Part shown: positions 19,108-28,922 of the stretch, piece after piece
Position numbering within the stretch: the first letter of the stretch is position 1
Layout of the letters: each line of letters starts with the position of its first letter
Source of the DNA: an uncultured Fulvivirga sp.
GTDB lineage: Bacteria; Bacteroidota; Bacteroidia; Cytophagales; Cyclobacteriaceae
DNA length: 64,000 nt
Assembly: GCA_947500555.1 (NCBI GenBank)
Contig: CANMSE010000006.1
Location: 66,388-130,387, forward strand
Reading direction: 5' to 3'
The notes under the pieces: model-generated
Database searches by the model: none
What the model saw: the letters and a program-made list of their open reading frames with translations, nothing else
What the model was told of the DNA's origin: nothing
Made by a program: the position numbers and the translations under genes

Positions 19108-21921
19108 ATGATTAGAAAAGTTTTAAGCACTTTTTTACTTCTATTTTTAGCAGCAAACTCCCAAAGTCAAACTCTCAATGATAGGGAAAATGTTTGGGTT
19201 GATAGTGTTTATAAATCTCTGACCCTAGACCAGCGTCTAGGCCAGCTATTTATATTCCCAACTCACGGAAATGGAAATGATACTCATGTCAATGCCATAA
19301 AGAATATCATAGATAGATACACATTGGGTGGGATTCACTTTTTAGATGGTGCCCCAAAGTCTGTCGTGCAAAAAGTTAAATACCTACAGCAGCAAACGGA
19401 ATTACCTCTTATAACGTCTATAGATGTAGACAAAGGTTTAGGGGAGGTCTTGGAGAATGCCTTACATATGCCGAATGCATTAACTATGGGTGCCATCACT
19501 AGTGATAGCCTAATTTATTCATTAGGTCGGGAGTTGGGTCGACAGCTTCACCTACTGGGTATAAACATGGCTTTTCATTCAGGTCTTATTTCTGCTACAG
19601 CGTATGAAAATCATGGTTCTTTTAGTTCAAATTCTCAGCTAGGAGTACATAAAGACAGCTTGTTCAATAGTGGTTTATTGAATCACAATATAACATTGGC
19701 TAGAAATAAATTTCCTGGAATCGTTAATGATAGAACTGCCAAAAACAGACGTGATTTAATCAAAGAAAACCTTTCTCCATTTGAAATTACCATTAAGAAT
19801 GGAAGTCAGGCAATTGTGGTTGCACCAGTTACATCAGCTTTAGATACTAAGACCGTGACATCTCTATCTGCAAATGCACTTGATTACCTGAAGAACAACA
19901 TGGAATTCTCAGGCCTGGTTATAGCTGATAATTTCAAGGATCTAAAAAATTACAAGCCTGGCAAAACTGAAGCTATGGCAATATTAGCTGGTAATGACCT
20001 GGTTGTATCTGCAAACGTCAGTTCATCGATCAAGCAAATAAAAAAATTGATTAGAAAAAGAAAATTGGAGTTAACCTCCCTTGAGCAAAGTGTAAAGAAG
20101 ATACTAAGTTTCAAGTATAATCATCAAAAGCCCATTGTTAATGAAGATAATATAGATATAAAAATCAACCGACCAGAAGCTCAATCATTGATAAGTAAGA
20201 GTCATAAGGAGGCTGTTACTGTGGTTAATGATGGAACATTGCCAATTCAAAGTCTTGATAATAAAACCTTTGCTTCTGTTTCATTCGGCAATGGTGATGA
20301 GTTTAGTAAGTTCCTAGACAAGTATGCCTGGTTTACTCACTATAAGTCTGACAAAATTATAGATAAATCAACTGCCAGTTTCAATCTTTACAGTTATGTA
20401 ATCATCGGCCTTTTCAGACAGCTGACCCAGGCTGAATTTGATTTTATCAATTCCCTAGAAAATGCCAGTATCATAATATGCTCATTCTCTAATCCGTATC
20501 AACTTAAATCAATCAATAAAAATGCAACTAAGGTTATTTCTTATTCAAAGTCTCGCGAACTGCAACAAGTAGTTCCCCAGGTAATTTTTGGAGCCCTTAA
20601 AGCCAAAGGGAGATTGCCTCTTTCCATCAGTGATGACCTGCCATTAGCTTCAGGGCAGAACACCAATATCTTAGACCGTTTGAGTTTTGCGATACCAGAA
20701 GAAGTTGAAATGGATAGCCGTGTACTTTCAAAAATAGATGACATAGTCGCAGAAGCTATTCAGGATCATGCCACACCAGGATGCCAGGTATTGGTAACTA
20801 GAAAAGGTAATGTAGTTTTCAATAAGCCTTATGGGTATTACACCTATGACAGTATAAAACAAGTAAATGATAATACCATTTATGATATAGCCTCGATCAC
20901 TAAGGTAGCAGCAACAACCCAGGCAGTGATGTTTTTGGAGGAACGTGGAATGATTGACCTTGATAAAAAAGTCTCAGTATATCTCTCTGATTTGAAGGGT
21001 ACTAATAAAGAGAATATGACCATACGGGATATTCTGACCCACCAAGCGGGTTTGTGGCCTTATTTACCCTTCTGGAAACGTACTTTAAGAGATTCTCTCA
21101 ATTTGGATAAATATTACAAAAACGAGCCTAAAGAGAACTTTAAATATCAAATTTCTGATGCATTATACGCCTCAGATCTCACACGTGATAGCGTGTGGTT
21201 CTGGGTTAAGCATTCAAAACTTAGAAAAAAAGAGGATAAAACTCCCTACGACTACAGGTACAGTGATATGGGATACTATATGCTACAGCGGCTCGTTGAA
21301 AGCACATTGAACCAGCCAATGGAAGAGTTTCTGCAACAAAATTTCTATGACCCATTGGGGTTAAACACATTGAGTTATCTGCCGTTATGTAAATTTTCAC
21401 TGAATCAAATAGCACCCACTGAATATGACAACTATTTTCGAAAAAATCTTGTTTATGGTTTGGTACATGATCAAGGTGCAGCAATGATGGGAGGAGTAGC
21501 AGGGCATGCAGGGTTGTTTAGCAATGCCATTGATCTGGCTAAACTGATGCAAATGAACTTGCAGGATGGTACATATGGTGGACAAAGATATTTTATGGAA
21601 GGTACTGTGAACCGATTTACAAGCACCCAATATAATAGCAATAGAAGGGGAATTGGTTGGGACAAACCTGTGGTGGCAGAAATGAATAGCCCAACATCTC
21701 CTTATGCATCAAAAAAGACTTTTGGTCATTCCGGTTTTACTGGAACAGCCGTTTGGGTAGATCCGGAATTTGACTTGGTTTATGTGTTTTTGTCAAACAG
21801 AATTTATCCTGATGCTTCCAATCGCAAACTAATTAAAAACAATATTCGTACAAGAATTCAAGATTTAATCTATCAGTCAATGTGGAGTTATTCTATAAAG
21901 TATGATGGACAAGTTAATTAA
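19108..21921 (+). CDS. Fusion protein: glycoside hydrolase family 3 N-terminal domain + serine hydrolase (beta-lactamase-fold)
   Basis: N-terminal half is NagZ/GH3-like. C-terminal half carries SITK (SxxK) in IYDIASITKVAATTQAVMFL and HSGFTGT. I prefer the ATG at 19108 (MIRKVLSTFLLLFL signal peptide) to the TTG at 19033. Confidence 0.85.
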   Translation: MIRKVLSTFLLLFLAANSQSQTLNDRENVWVDSVYKSLTLDQRLGQLFIFPTHGNGNDTHVNAIKNIIDRYTLGGIHFLDGAPKSVVQKVKYLQQQTELPLITSIDVDKGLGEVLENALHMPNALTMGAITSDSLIYSLGRELGRQLHLLGINMAFHSGLISATAYENHGSFSSNSQLGVHKDSLFNSGLLNHNITLARNKFPGIVNDRTAKNRRDLIKENLSPFEITIKNGSQAIVVAPVTSALDTKTVTSLSANALDYLKNNMEFSGLVIADNFKDLKNYKPGKTEAMAILAGNDLVVSANVSSSIKQIKKLIRKRKLELTSLEQSVKKILSFKYNHQKPIVNEDNIDIKINRPEAQSLISKSHKEAVTVVNDGTLPIQSLDNKTFASVSFGNGDEFSKFLDKYAWFTHYKSDKIIDKSTASFNLYSYVIIGLFRQLTQAEFDFINSLENASIIICSFSNPYQLKSINKNATKVISYSKSRELQQVVPQVIFGALKAKGRLPLSISDDLPLASGQNTNILDRLSFAIPEEVEMDSRVLSKIDDIVAEAIQDHATPGCQVLVTRKGNVVFNKPYGYYTYDSIKQVNDNTIYDIASITKVAATTQAVMFLEERGMIDLDKKVSVYLSDLKGTNKENMTIRDILTHQAGLWPYLPFWKRTLRDSLNLDKYYKNEPKENFKYQISDALYASDLTRDSVWFWVKHSKLRKKEDKTPYDYRYSDMGYYMLQRLVESTLNQPMEEFLQQNFYDPLGLNTLSYLPLCKFSLNQIAPTEYDNYFRKNLVYGLVHDQGAAMMGGVAGHAGLFSNAIDLAKLMQMNLQDGTYGGQRYFMEGTVNRFTSTQYNSNRRGIGWDKPVVAEMNSPTSPYASKKTFGHSGFTGTAVWVDPEFDLVYVFLSNRIYPDASNRKLIKNNIRTRIQDLIYQSMWSYSIKYDGQVN

Positions 21922-21927
21922 CTAAAT

Positions 21928-23070
21928 ATGAAAATAGGAATAGTATGTTATCCTACCTTTGGTGGTAGTGGCGTTGTAGCAACTGAGCTTGGAAAAGCAT
22001 TGGCCAAAGAAGATCATCAGGTTCATTTCATTACCTATTCGCAGCCCACAAGACTTGATTTTTTTAATCAAAATTTATTCTATCATGAAGTTACTATTCG
22101 GAATTATCCACTTTTTGACTATGCCCCTTACGAGCTTGCTCTTGCAAGTAAAATGGTAGATGTAGTAAAACATGAAAAGTTAGATCTTCTCCATGTTCAT
22201 TATGCCATTCCTCATGCCAGTGCCGCTTACATGGCAAAGCAAATATTAAAATCTGAAGGTATTAATATACCAGTGATCACTACTCTTCATGGAACTGACA
22301 TTACCTTGGTTGGTAAAGATGCCTCTTACGAACCTGTGGTAACTTTCAGTATCAATGCCTCAGATAGTGTGACTTCTGTCTCTGAAGATTTAAAGAAAGA
22401 TACGTACGAGCACTTCGATATAACTAAGGAAATTGAAGTAATCCCCAATTTCATTGATCTTGAACGATTCAAAAAGCAAAAGAAAGAGCATTTTAAAAAG
22501 GCCATCTGTCCAGATGGTGAAATGCTGCTGGTACATACATCAAATTTTCGAAAGGTTAAGCATGTAGATGATGTGGTAAGAGTGTTCCATAACCTAAGAA
22601 AGGAAATTCCAGCTAAATTATTATTAGTTGGAGATGGGCCAGAAAGAACAAACATAGAAGCCCTGTGTCGTGAACTTGGAGACTGTGAGGATATTCGATT
22701 TTTGGGTAAGTTGGAAGCAGTAGAAGAAGTTTTGTCGGTAGCAGACTTATTTCTCATGCCTTCTGAAAAAGAGAGCTTTGGGCTAGCAGCTTTAGAAGCC
22801 ATGGCCTGTGAAGTTCCGGTAATCTCCACCAATGCAGGTGGAATACCTGAATTGAACATTCAAGGTAAGACAGGTTTTCTGAGTGAAGTGGGAGATATTG
22901 AAGACATGACTAAAAACGCACTTCATATACTAGACAAAAAAAATCTTCCTACTTTCAAACATAACGCGCTTGAGCGCGCCAAAGAATTTGATATTACCAA
23001 TATTTTGCCCTTGTATGAAGATCTGTACTTTAGAACACTAACTAAAAACAGGGAGCTTCAAGAGAGTTAA
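21928..23070 (+). CDS. bshA: N-acetyl-alpha-D-glucosaminyl L-malate synthase (bacillithiol biosynthesis glycosyltransferase)
   Basis: GT4 fold. MKIGIVCYPTFGGSGVVATELGKALA...HVHYAIPH...ESFGLAALEAMACEVPVI closely matches my memory of BshA. Confidence 0.8.
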   Translation: MKIGIVCYPTFGGSGVVATELGKALAKEDHQVHFITYSQPTRLDFFNQNLFYHEVTIRNYPLFDYAPYELALASKMVDVVKHEKLDLLHVHYAIPHASAAYMAKQILKSEGINIPVITTLHGTDITLVGKDASYEPVVTFSINASDSVTSVSEDLKKDTYEHFDITKEIEVIPNFIDLERFKKQKKEHFKKAICPDGEMLLVHTSNFRKVKHVDDVVRVFHNLRKEIPAKLLLVGDGPERTNIEALCRELGDCEDIRFLGKLEAVEEVLSVADLFLMPSEKESFGLAALEAMACEVPVISTNAGGIPELNIQGKTGFLSEVGDIEDMTKNALHILDKKNLPTFKHNALERAKEFDITNILPLYEDLYFRTLTKNRELQES

Positions 23071-23151
23071 AAACTAGAATATTTTAGTACATAATTATTA
23101 TTATTTCGACTTCATACCATAATTTTGTAAGTAGATAAGGTCAATCAAGAA

Positions 23152-23781
23152 ATGAATAACAAAAATTCTTCACCTAACAATAAAGGCACAAAAACACTGT
23201 CCTCCAATCCGCTTATTGAGCGATTGACCAGGACTCATATTTCAATTCCTATTACATTATTTTTACTTTATTCGGGAGGTTTACTTTATTGGAGTGCCAT
23301 AAACACTTCACTTTCCATTGTAGTAACTGTAGGTCTATTTTTCATAGGTCTGTTAACATTTACACTCGTAGAATACATCATGCATCGTTATTTATTCCAT
23401 ATGGAATTGACGACAACACTTAGAAAGAAAATGCAATACATCATGCATGGTGTGCATCATGAATTTCCAAAGGATAAAGATAGATTGGCTATGCCACCAT
23501 TGGCCAGCCTTACTATTGCGACAACATTACTCTTTCTACTAAGATTGGTGATGGCTGATTATGTATTCGGGTTTTTACCCGGTTTTTTAACAGGTTATGC
23601 CGGTTATCTATTTGTACATTATATTGTACATGCATTTCAACCTCCAAAAAACATTTTTAAAACACTTTGGGTACATCATGGAATACACCACTATAAAGAC
23701 AATGAAAGGGCTTTCGGTGTTTCTTCTCCGCTATGGGATTATATCTTCAGAACAATGCCCCGGCTAGAAAAAAAGACCTGA
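23152..23781 (+). CDS. Fatty acid hydroxylase / sterol desaturase superfamily membrane protein
   Basis: Histidine boxes HRYLFH, HGVHHEFP and HHGIHHY. Confidence 0.8.
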   Translation: MNNKNSSPNNKGTKTLSSNPLIERLTRTHISIPITLFLLYSGGLLYWSAINTSLSIVVTVGLFFIGLLTFTLVEYIMHRYLFHMELTTTLRKKMQYIMHGVHHEFPKDKDRLAMPPLASLTIATTLLFLLRLVMADYVFGFLPGFLTGYAGYLFVHYIVHAFQPPKNIFKTLWVHHGIHHYKDNERAFGVSSPLWDYIFRTMPRLEKKT

Positions 23782-24171
23782 TTAGTCAGGTTTCTTACCT
23801 TTTAGCTTATTTCTGTAACGTCTCATCTTATACCTGCGAAGTCGGTAGTCTAATGCCTCCTCTAGAAACTTTATCAAGTTCATCTTGGTAGTACTAGTAT
23901 CTGGTTGCGTTACTTTCATATATTCGACTTTCGTATTTCTTGTTTTAGTTTTTTTATGTCCTTTTTAGCCTAAGTAGGACAAAGTATATTTTATAGACAG
24001 CAACAAAGAAACGGCAGATACATGTTGCGAGTTCAGTTAACCTGGTGAGATTTAGTCAAAAAACTTACATCTGTGACTGTCAGAAAAGAATAGAACTATA
24101 AATTAAACTGAACAGAAATTGATCTAACTTGGTTTTACTATTATTCTTATATTAAATAAGTATGCCTCTTA

Positions 24172-25269
24172 ATGCTAGGACATAGATTTACAGACTTCAT
24201 ACCAAATCCAAAAGATAATAAATCAGATTTTGACAATCTACTAGATGTTTTTCTACAACTACTAGTCATAACCGCAGGTGATGTGTCGGAAGCATTAAGT
24301 TGGTTAAACAATGTAGACAGACAATATAATCTTACAAGTGACGCCTATGGAATGGGTGATTTTATTGAAGATCTGAAAAATAAAGGCTATATCACTGATG
24401 AAACTCCAGAAGGTAAATTTGAGATTACGGCTAAAAGTGAGCAGAAAATCAGAAGTAGTGCGTTGGAAGAAATATTTGGTAAGCTAAAAAAATCAAAAAA
24501 AGGAGATCATAAAACGAATTTTGGAGGTTTAGGTGATGAGCCGGGAACTGACAAACGGGATTATCAATTCGGAGATACGCTGGAACAAATCTCAATTACC
24601 GATTCATTGCGTAATGCGCAGATCAATCATGGGCTGGATAGCTTTATGATGACCGAGGGCGATCTGGAAATTATGGAGAATGAGTATAAAACTCAGACCT
24701 CTACTGTGCTTATGATCGACATCTCCCACTCCATGATACTTTATGGTGAAGATCGAATTACTCCGGCAAAAAAGGTGGCCATGGCACTGGCTGAGCTAAT
24801 CACTAAAAAATACCCTAAAGACACCTTAGATATTATCGTTTTCGGTAACGATGCCTGGCAAATTGAAATTAAAGATCTCCCCTATCTTCAGGTGGGTCCT
24901 TATCATACCAATACAGTGGCCGGTTTGGAATTAGCAATAGATTTACTTCGTAAGAGAAAAAATGCTAATAAGCAGATATTTATGATAACTGATGGTAAGC
25001 CGACTTGTCTTAAGCAAGGAATAAAGTACTATAAAAATAGCTTTGGGCTCGACAGTAAAATTTTAAATCGTACGCTCAATTTAGCTAAGCAATGTCGAAA
25101 GCTTAGAATTCCGGTAACAACTTTTATGATTGCCTCCGATCCTTACTTGAAGGAGTTTGTTAAAGAATTTACACAAGTGAATAATGGCAATGCTTATTAC
25201 AGTAGTTTGCAAGGTTTAGGTCACCTTATTTTTGAAGACTACAGGCGAAACAGACGAAAAAACTTATAA
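24172..25269 (+). CDS. von Willebrand factor A (VWA) domain protein
   Basis: Intact MIDAS: VLMIDISHSM (DxSxS) plus FMITDGKPT. Confidence 0.8.
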   Translation: MLGHRFTDFIPNPKDNKSDFDNLLDVFLQLLVITAGDVSEALSWLNNVDRQYNLTSDAYGMGDFIEDLKNKGYITDETPEGKFEITAKSEQKIRSSALEEIFGKLKKSKKGDHKTNFGGLGDEPGTDKRDYQFGDTLEQISITDSLRNAQINHGLDSFMMTEGDLEIMENEYKTQTSTVLMIDISHSMILYGEDRITPAKKVAMALAELITKKYPKDTLDIIVFGNDAWQIEIKDLPYLQVGPYHTNTVAGLELAIDLLRKRKNANKQIFMITDGKPTCLKQGIKYYKNSFGLDSKILNRTLNLAKQCRKLRIPVTTFMIASDPYLKEFVKEFTQVNNGNAYYSSLQGLGHLIFEDYRRNRRKNL

Positions 25270-25279
25270 GTCACCTTTT

Positions 25280-26776
25280 ATGGATATAAAGAAGATTAAC
25301 ACTTTAGGAGCGTTAAAAAAAGCTGGTTATAAATCTCGCTCGGTAAAACAAGAGTTGAGAGAAAATCTAATTCAGAATCTTAAGAATAAAATCAATGTCT
25401 TTGAAGGCATCTGGGGATTTGAAGAAACTGTCATTCCAGACTTGGAAAGAGCTATCCTTTCTATGCACGATATCAACTTTCTTGGGTTAAGAGGACAAGC
25501 TAAAACCAGAATGGCTCGGATGATGGTAAAGCTTTTGGATGAATATGTTCCAGTTATAGCAGGCAGTGAGATGAATGATGATCCTTTGAATCCAATCTCA
25601 CGTTTTGGAATCGATGAAGTCAACGAAAAAGGAGATGACACTCCGGTTAGTTGGTTATCAAGAGATGATCGCTATACCGAAAAACTAGCCACTCCTGATG
25701 TATCAATTGCTGATTTGATAGGTGATGTTGATCCTATAAAAGCAGCTACTTTGAAATTGCCTTACTCAGATGAACGGGTCATCCACTTTGGTTTAATACC
25801 AAGATCTCATCGAGGTATTTTTGTGATTAATGAGCTTCCTGATCTACAGGCTAGAATTCAGGTAGCTCTCTTTAATATCTTGCAGGAAGGGGACATTCAA
25901 ATCAGAGGTTTTAAGGTGAGAATGCCTTTGGACATTCAATTTGTGTTTACGGCTAACCCTGAAGACTATACAAACAGGGGAAGCATTGTCACACCACTTA
26001 AAGATAGAATTGATAGTCAGATCATTACACACTACCCTAAAAGTATTGAGATCGGCAGAAAGATCACGGCACAAGAGGCAAATGTAAAGCCTGAGCAAGA
26101 AGAGCTTATCACTGTCAATGAATTGTCAAAAGATTTAATTGAGCAGATCGCTTTTGAAGCACGTAATAGTGAGTATGTCGATGCAAAAAGTGGTGTATCA
26201 GCACGATTGACCATATCAGCTTATGAAAATCTATTAAGTGCTGCTGAACGAAGAGCATTAATCAATAATGAAAAGACATCCATTAGAATATCTGATTTCT
26301 ATGGCGTAGTGCCGTCTATTACCGGTAAGGTAGAGCTTGTTTATGAAGGGGAACAGGAAGGTCCAGGAATAGTAGCTCATAATCTGGTAGGTAAGGCCAT
26401 TAGAACTAAGTTTATAGAGTTTTTCCCTGACCCCGATCAACTAAGAAAGCAAAAAGCTGAAAATCCTTATACGGAAATTACGAGTTGGTTTGGAAATGAA
26501 AATGTTGTTGACCTTCTGAACGATTATGATAAATCAGACTATGAAAAAGCGCTAAAGGCAGTTCCCGGTTTAACTGCTTTGGTGGAGAAGTATCATAAAA
26601 AGGTTGATGCTCCTTTAAAACTCTTTTTAATGGAATTTGCGCTCCATGGGTTGTCTGAGTATAGTATGCTTAGCAAACATCAATTGAGCAAAGGTCTACA
26701 GTTCAAAGACTTATTGAGTAGCATGTTCACCATGCCAGAGTTGGGCGAGGACGAAGATGAAGAATCTTTTAAGTAG
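25280..26776 (+). CDS. ChlI/MoxR-like AAA+ protein with deviant Walker motifs
   Basis: GLRGQAKT (Walker A-like), GIFVINELPD (Walker B position, N instead of D), FVFTANPED (sensor 1) and TPLKDR (Arg finger-like). I prefer the ATG at 25280 (MDIKKINTLG) to the track start at 25232. Confidence 0.8.
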   Translation: MDIKKINTLGALKKAGYKSRSVKQELRENLIQNLKNKINVFEGIWGFEETVIPDLERAILSMHDINFLGLRGQAKTRMARMMVKLLDEYVPVIAGSEMNDDPLNPISRFGIDEVNEKGDDTPVSWLSRDDRYTEKLATPDVSIADLIGDVDPIKAATLKLPYSDERVIHFGLIPRSHRGIFVINELPDLQARIQVALFNILQEGDIQIRGFKVRMPLDIQFVFTANPEDYTNRGSIVTPLKDRIDSQIITHYPKSIEIGRKITAQEANVKPEQEELITVNELSKDLIEQIAFEARNSEYVDAKSGVSARLTISAYENLLSAAERRALINNEKTSIRISDFYGVVPSITGKVELVYEGEQEGPGIVAHNLVGKAIRTKFIEFFPDPDQLRKQKAENPYTEITSWFGNENVVDLLNDYDKSDYEKALKAVPGLTALVEKYHKKVDAPLKLFLMEFALHGLSEYSMLSKHQLSKGLQFKDLLSSMFTMPELGEDEDEESFK

Positions 26777-26783
26777 TTTATTT

Positions 26784-27428
26784 ATGACTTTGCAAGACCT
26801 GAGAAAGCTCGTAGCTCAGGGCGAGTCTGCTTCACTGGAATTTAAACGAAAGGTAGCTCACCCTGACAAAATTGCCCGAGAGATGGTGGCATTTGCCAAT
26901 ACCAACGGTGGGCAGGTTATCATTGGCGTGAGTGATAATGGAAATATCCCTGGGTTAAAGTATCCTGAGGATGAGATATTCTCTATGAATACTACCTTGG
27001 AAAAGCTTTGCAAACCAAAACTGCCTTTTGATCTAGAAGAAGTAAAACTAAGCGAAAAGGCCTCAGCCATTATTTACACCATTCCAAAAAGTGACAAGCG
27101 ACCACACTATGTTAAGGAAGACCCCGATAGCAAGTGGGGACAGGCCTACGTTCGGTATGATGACAAAAGTGTGAAAGCTAGCAGAGAAATACGAGAGATC
27201 ATCAAAAGGCAGAAGCGAATGAAAGATATTCGCTTCAATTTTGGTGAGAAGGAGAAAGTGCTTATGGAATACTTAAACGAGCATCACGAAATCTCACTAA
27301 GCAAATTCAAGTCAATTGCTGGTATCAACAACTACGTGGCTTCTAAAACCCTGATACTTCTTGTTTTAGCTAATGTATTACGTGTTCAACCAACAGAAAA
27401 AGGAGACATCTACCGACTGAAAAATTAA
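26784..27428 (+). CDS. AlbA_2 (Schlafen-like) putative nucleic-acid-binding domain protein
   Basis: GESASLEFKRKV...IAREMVAFANTNGGQVIIGV is the AlbA_2 signature. I prefer the ATG at 26784. Confidence 0.7.
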   Translation: MTLQDLRKLVAQGESASLEFKRKVAHPDKIAREMVAFANTNGGQVIIGVSDNGNIPGLKYPEDEIFSMNTTLEKLCKPKLPFDLEEVKLSEKASAIIYTIPKSDKRPHYVKEDPDSKWGQAYVRYDDKSVKASREIREIIKRQKRMKDIRFNFGEKEKVLMEYLNEHHEISLSKFKSIAGINNYVASKTLILLVLANVLRVQPTEKGDIYRLKN

Positions 27429-27517
27429 ATTTTAAAAACTTTATAAAACTTCTTTTGCCTTACTCAAACAGTTGTCTATTTTAGCCCAACTTCACCACTA
27501 CAAACAAACCTATCAGT

Positions 27518-28855
27518 ATGGCTAAAGCGCAAAAGGAGAAAAAGGTTTTCGTTCTTGATACATCGGTCATAATTTTTGAGCACAATTCTATCATGAACTT
27601 CGATGAGCATGATATCGGTATTCCGATAACGGTGCTGGAAGAGTTAGATAACTTCAAAAAAGGTAACGACACCAAAAATTTTGAGGCTCGGGAATTTATT
27701 CGATTGATTGACAAACTAGCTGATGGTAAAATGCTCCATGATTGGAACTCACTGAATGGTAAAACCAGAGGTAGTTTCAAAGTTTTAATGGATCAGAAAA
27801 GTACCATCGATGCCACTAAGGTCTTTGATGAAGAGAAAGCAGATCATCGGATTCTTAACTCGGCCCTACAGTTAAAAGAAGAAATGAAGGGCCGCAAGGT
27901 GATCCTTGTTTCAAAAGATATTAACCTGCGCTTAAAGGCAAAATCGCTCGGATTACCTGCTGAGGATTACAATACCGGTAAAGTAAAGAACGTCAGCTCT
28001 CTATACACTGGCAAATCAGTACAGGATAAAACTGCGCCTGAAAAAATCAATGAGATTTATGAGAAGGGGAGCTGCACTCCTAAAGAGGTTTTGGGCAGAA
28101 AAAAACCTTCAAAGAACAGCTACTATATTTTAAAGAATGGGAAGAAATCAGTCTTAGCCCATTATAACCCGATCAGTGATCAAATAGAGCATGTGGAAAA
28201 GCGTGCCGTTTATGGTATTAAACCTCGGAATGCAGAACAGGCTTTCGCGATTCATGCGATCATGAATCCGGAGATTAAGCTGGTGAGTATGCAGGGTGTT
28301 GCTGGTACCGGTAAAACCTTGATTGCACTTGCAGCAGCTTTGGAGCAGAAACGGGATTTTAAACAAATCTATTTGGCTCGGCCAATAGTACCTTTAAGTA
28401 ATAAAGACATTGGCTATCTCCCCGGGGATATAAAGTCAAAGCTTAATCCTTATATGGAGCCTCTTTGGGATAACCTGAAATTCATTCAGAATCAGTATCA
28501 CGAATCTGATAAGGAGTACTCAAAGATTACCGATATGGTGAACCAGGAAAAGTTGGTGATTACGCCTTTAGCCTATATCCGTGGTAGAAGTTTATCTAAC
28601 ATCTGTTTTATTGTGGATGAGGCACAAAACCTTACACCTCATGAGGTAAAAACGATTATTACACGAGCAGGTGAGAATACCAAGATCATCTTTACTGGTG
28701 ATATTTACCAAATAGACACTCCTTACTTAGACTCACAAAGCAATGGCCTCTCCTACCTCATTGACCGAGTGAAAGATCATGAACTCTATGCGCATGTGAC
28801 CTTAGAAAAAGGGGAACGCTCGGAGTTGGCGAATTTGGCGAATGAGTTGTTGTAA
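27518..28855 (+). CDS. PIN-domain + PhoH-like ATPase (YlaK-type)
   Basis: N-terminal PIN (VFVLDTSVII...ITVLEELD), Walker A GVAGTGKT, Walker B FIVDEAQN. Confidence 0.9.
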   Translation: MAKAQKEKKVFVLDTSVIIFEHNSIMNFDEHDIGIPITVLEELDNFKKGNDTKNFEAREFIRLIDKLADGKMLHDWNSLNGKTRGSFKVLMDQKSTIDATKVFDEEKADHRILNSALQLKEEMKGRKVILVSKDINLRLKAKSLGLPAEDYNTGKVKNVSSLYTGKSVQDKTAPEKINEIYEKGSCTPKEVLGRKKPSKNSYYILKNGKKSVLAHYNPISDQIEHVEKRAVYGIKPRNAEQAFAIHAIMNPEIKLVSMQGVAGTGKTLIALAAALEQKRDFKQIYLARPIVPLSNKDIGYLPGDIKSKLNPYMEPLWDNLKFIQNQYHESDKEYSKITDMVNQEKLVITPLAYIRGRSLSNICFIVDEAQNLTPHEVKTIITRAGENTKIIFTGDIYQIDTPYLDSQSNGLSYLIDRVKDHELYAHVTLEKGERSELANLANELL

Positions 28856-28922
28856 AGACAAAAATATAGGGAAAATAAGCAACATATGATCTTTATATAG
28901 ATGTTATGGCTTATTAGGCGAC

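Noticed and set aside
22326-22859. 177-aa minus-strand ORF
   Set aside because: Entirely antisense within bshA, whose translation carries clear GT4/BshA motifs. The Ser/Thr-rich shadow translation has no signal.
24172-28855. Calling the VWA / AAA+ / AlbA_2 / PIN-PhoH string an anti-phage defence island
   Set aside because: There is no integrase, transposase, tRNA or compositional break around it. PIN-PhoH and the VWA/AAA+ pair are, from memory, widely conserved in Bacteroidota core genomes. It is kept as a cluster of unknown function, not as a defence claim.
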